A stretch of DNA of 62,589 bases, counting the filler. It is 8 parts of 8 records of this genome, joined end to end, with 100 filler letters (N's around TTAATTAATTAA, not from the genome) between each part and the next. Parts side by side here need not be neighbours in the genome. Positions count along the whole stretch, not along the records: positions 55,181 to 62,589 come from SRR31156797_42366; 7 more parts are not named here. One strand, given 5' to 3'. A model generated the notes under the pieces. It was not told where the DNA came from and did no database searches. It worked only from the letters and a program-made list of their open reading frames with translations. The position numbers and the translations under genes are program-made. Shown here one piece after another: positions 60,935 to 62,589 of this stretch. Position 1 is the stretch's first letter, and the number at the start of each line of letters is the position of its first letter.

Positions 60935-61621
60935 ATGCCGGCACCGCTACAACAATCCAGCCTGAACCAGGATCTCCACCTGGCCAAAGTTACGTCCGTG
61001 AACGATCCGGAACAGTTGAACCGTGTCCAGATCAGGTTGCTGTCCCATTCCAGCGCCACACAACAGGAAGGCACCCTCTGGGCCAGGGTGGCTGTGCCCT
61101 GCGCCGGTAGTAACAAGGGCGCGTTCTTCATTCCCGATGTGGATGACGAGGTGGTGGTGTCATTCATCAACGGCGACAGCCGCTACCCCGTCATTCTGGG
61201 ATCTTTGTGGAACGGCAATGACCAGGCCCCGGAGACCCTTGGGGGCAGCGGGAACGCCGTGGACCGCTGGACCCTGGTGGGGAAAGCCGGAACCCGCATT
61301 GCCATCGAAGAAGAAACACCGGCCGCTGCCACCATCAAATTCACAACACCGGGCGGTACCAGCGGGGAACTCACCGACACCGGGGGCGGAAAAATTGAAT
61401 TCAAAACGGCCGGCACCACGGTAACCGTTAACACCCAGGGAGTTACGGTGAACACCCCCCTGGAAGTTAAAGTCCAGGCCACCCTGGTGACGGTGTCCGC
61501 GGCCCAGGTCAAAGTTGACGCGCCCATGTCCATGTTCAGCGGGGTGGTCCAGGCCCAGACCGTGATCACCAACAGTGTGGTCAGTGCATCCTATACACCG
61601 GGAGCAGGAAACATATGGTAA
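60935..61621 (+). CDS. Baseplate spike (gp5/GpV OB-fold)
   Basis: DPEQLNRV, WARVA and PDVDDEVVVSFINGDSRYPVILGSLWNG. Confidence 0.9.
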   Translation: MPAPLQQSSLNQDLHLAKVTSVNDPEQLNRVQIRLLSHSSATQQEGTLWARVAVPCAGSNKGAFFIPDVDDEVVVSFINGDSRYPVILGSLWNGNDQAPETLGGSGNAVDRWTLVGKAGTRIAIEEETPAAATIKFTTPGGTSGELTDTGGGKIEFKTAGTTVTVNTQGVTVNTPLEVKVQATLVTVSAAQVKVDAPMSMFSGVVQAQTVITNSVVSASYTPGAGNIW

Positions 61622-62589
61622 CCAAGACAAAACAACCGAACATCCTGTGGATGGCCCCGTCGCCGCTATGGGGAGAGCAAAGCGCGTGGATGCGCGTTCC
61701 CGGATCCGGGCAGGGCCTAATGGCCCGGCCGGTGATCCTGCGGTTTGCCAATGACCTGTTCATGGATGAAATGATCGCCATGCTGACCCACACACCCTGG
61801 CGGCTGGCCGAATGGGTGGCCCGGCCCGAAACCTGGCGGAACCCCATGCCCACCCCCAAACCTGTGGAAATCACCCGGCCCGGGGGGGGGCTGCCCAAGG
61901 CCTACAATACGACCAAACAGCTGGTTCAAAATTATTCCCGGGAAAAGCGGATCGACCAGATAAAACAGCGAATTAAAACCCCCGCATCCGTGCCTGATCT
62001 GCCGTCCACGGATGATGTTAAACTGTTTCAGCCGGCCCACCAGCGCTATTATGTGGTGACCGGGTCTCTTATCTCCGGGGAAAAAGGGCTCCCTGATTAC
62101 CCTGTGGACCTCAGCGCCCGGGAACGGGCCACCTTTGTGGTGCGGGCCCTGAAAACAAACCCAAAGGAAGTCACCGAAGAATTCGGCTTTGTGGCCACGT
62201 CTTCGGGCATGGCCTGGCAGAAACTGGGCGCCCATGGAGACGACAATATTGCTGTGATGCGCATTCTGCCCAACGAGGAACAGCACCCCCTTTTTCCGGT
62301 CACCTATCCGGACCGGTGTGACCGTTTCAGGCAAGTGTTTGGCGGTCTTATTCCCGTCAGCCAAAGAGATGGATGGATAGATGCACCGGCCTACACGGGC
62401 AATGATCAGGACACGGTGATCGCAAGTCCGGTTCCCTCCAATGACGGCGGCGTAGACTTGTACAGGGAAATTTTGTACGCCGATGTGATCGCGCCCTGGA
62501 AAGCCATGATCGACCAGGCTGAAACCGATAAACGCGTAAACAGTGAACAGGAAGTGTCATCCGCAAATTTTGGCTTGGTCACGCCGAAG
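61615..62589 (+). CDS. Large eCIS-associated hypothetical protein (runs off the window; absent from ORF track)
   Basis: ATG61615 overlaps the spike gene end; reads MVTKTKQPNILWMAPSPLW...PVILRF...RPETWR...KLFQPAHQRYYVV. Confidence 0.75.
   Translation, partial: MVTKTKQPNILWMAPSPLWGEQSAWMRVPGSGQGLMARPVILRFANDLFMDEMIAMLTHTPWRLAEWVARPETWRNPMPTPKPVEITRPGGGLPKAYNTTKQLVQNYSREKRIDQIKQRIKTPASVPDLPSTDDVKLFQPAHQRYYVVTGSLISGEKGLPDYPVDLSARERATFVVRALKTNPKEVTEEFGFVATSSGMAWQKLGAHGDDNIAVMRILPNEEQHPLFPVTYPDRCDRFRQVFGGLIPVSQRDGWIDAPAYTGNDQDTVIASPVPSNDGGVDLYREILYADVIAPWKAMIDQAETDKRVNSEQEVSSANFGLVTPK

Noticed and set aside
55181-62589. Prophage tail or T6SS
   Set aside because: The double tube and sheath plus Afp7-like layout fits eCIS; no head genes and no TssJLM or ClpV are visible.

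Overview
This window is not one locus. It is eight unrelated contigs joined by artificial 100-bp spacers (44 N + TTAATTAATTAA + 44 N) at 6809, 17614, 27671, 33316, 42229, 48826 and 55081; taxonomic labels below are impressions from gene style only. (1) 1-6808, deltaproteobacterial-like: SigZ-type ECF sigma, arsM, a stack of three gene remnants, and a GntR/RidA/SelA-like PLP enzyme/amino-acid ABC cluster. (2) 6909-17613, sulfate-reducer-like: DUF362, sodium:solute symporter, thiE, hdrA-mvhDGA-tusA and a two-CW/PAS kinase. (3) 17714-27670, possibly planctomycete: a roughly 1.3-kb unannotated unit, birA, DUF342-cheY-cheX, a tailed bacterial histone and hutH. (4) 27771-33315: EamA, a DegP-family protease and palindromic repeats. 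(5) 33416-42228, Methanosarcinales-like archaeon: K+ channel, M50 protease, ftsZ. (6) 42329-48825, Bacteroidota: GntR-galT, a T9SS glycine-rich protein and a MITE. (7) 48926-55080: two non-pyrrolysine MttB-family methyltransferases, a BCCT carrier and a DMSP-lyase-like cupin. (8) 55181-62589: extracellular contractile injection system. The best candidate for an undescribed system is 18445-19775: a sigma70-like promoter, a leader peptide ending QPPP-stop that overlaps a clear antiterminator/terminator switch, and a downstream transcript with no recognisable gene, only two more short PP-motif peptides and many hairpins. Other highlights are the histone with a Lys-rich tail, an MvhA lacking the maturation extension next to a PAS kinase, and a candidate anaerobic DMSP/betaine demethylation operon. 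All family calls are from motif recognition by eye; no searches were run.
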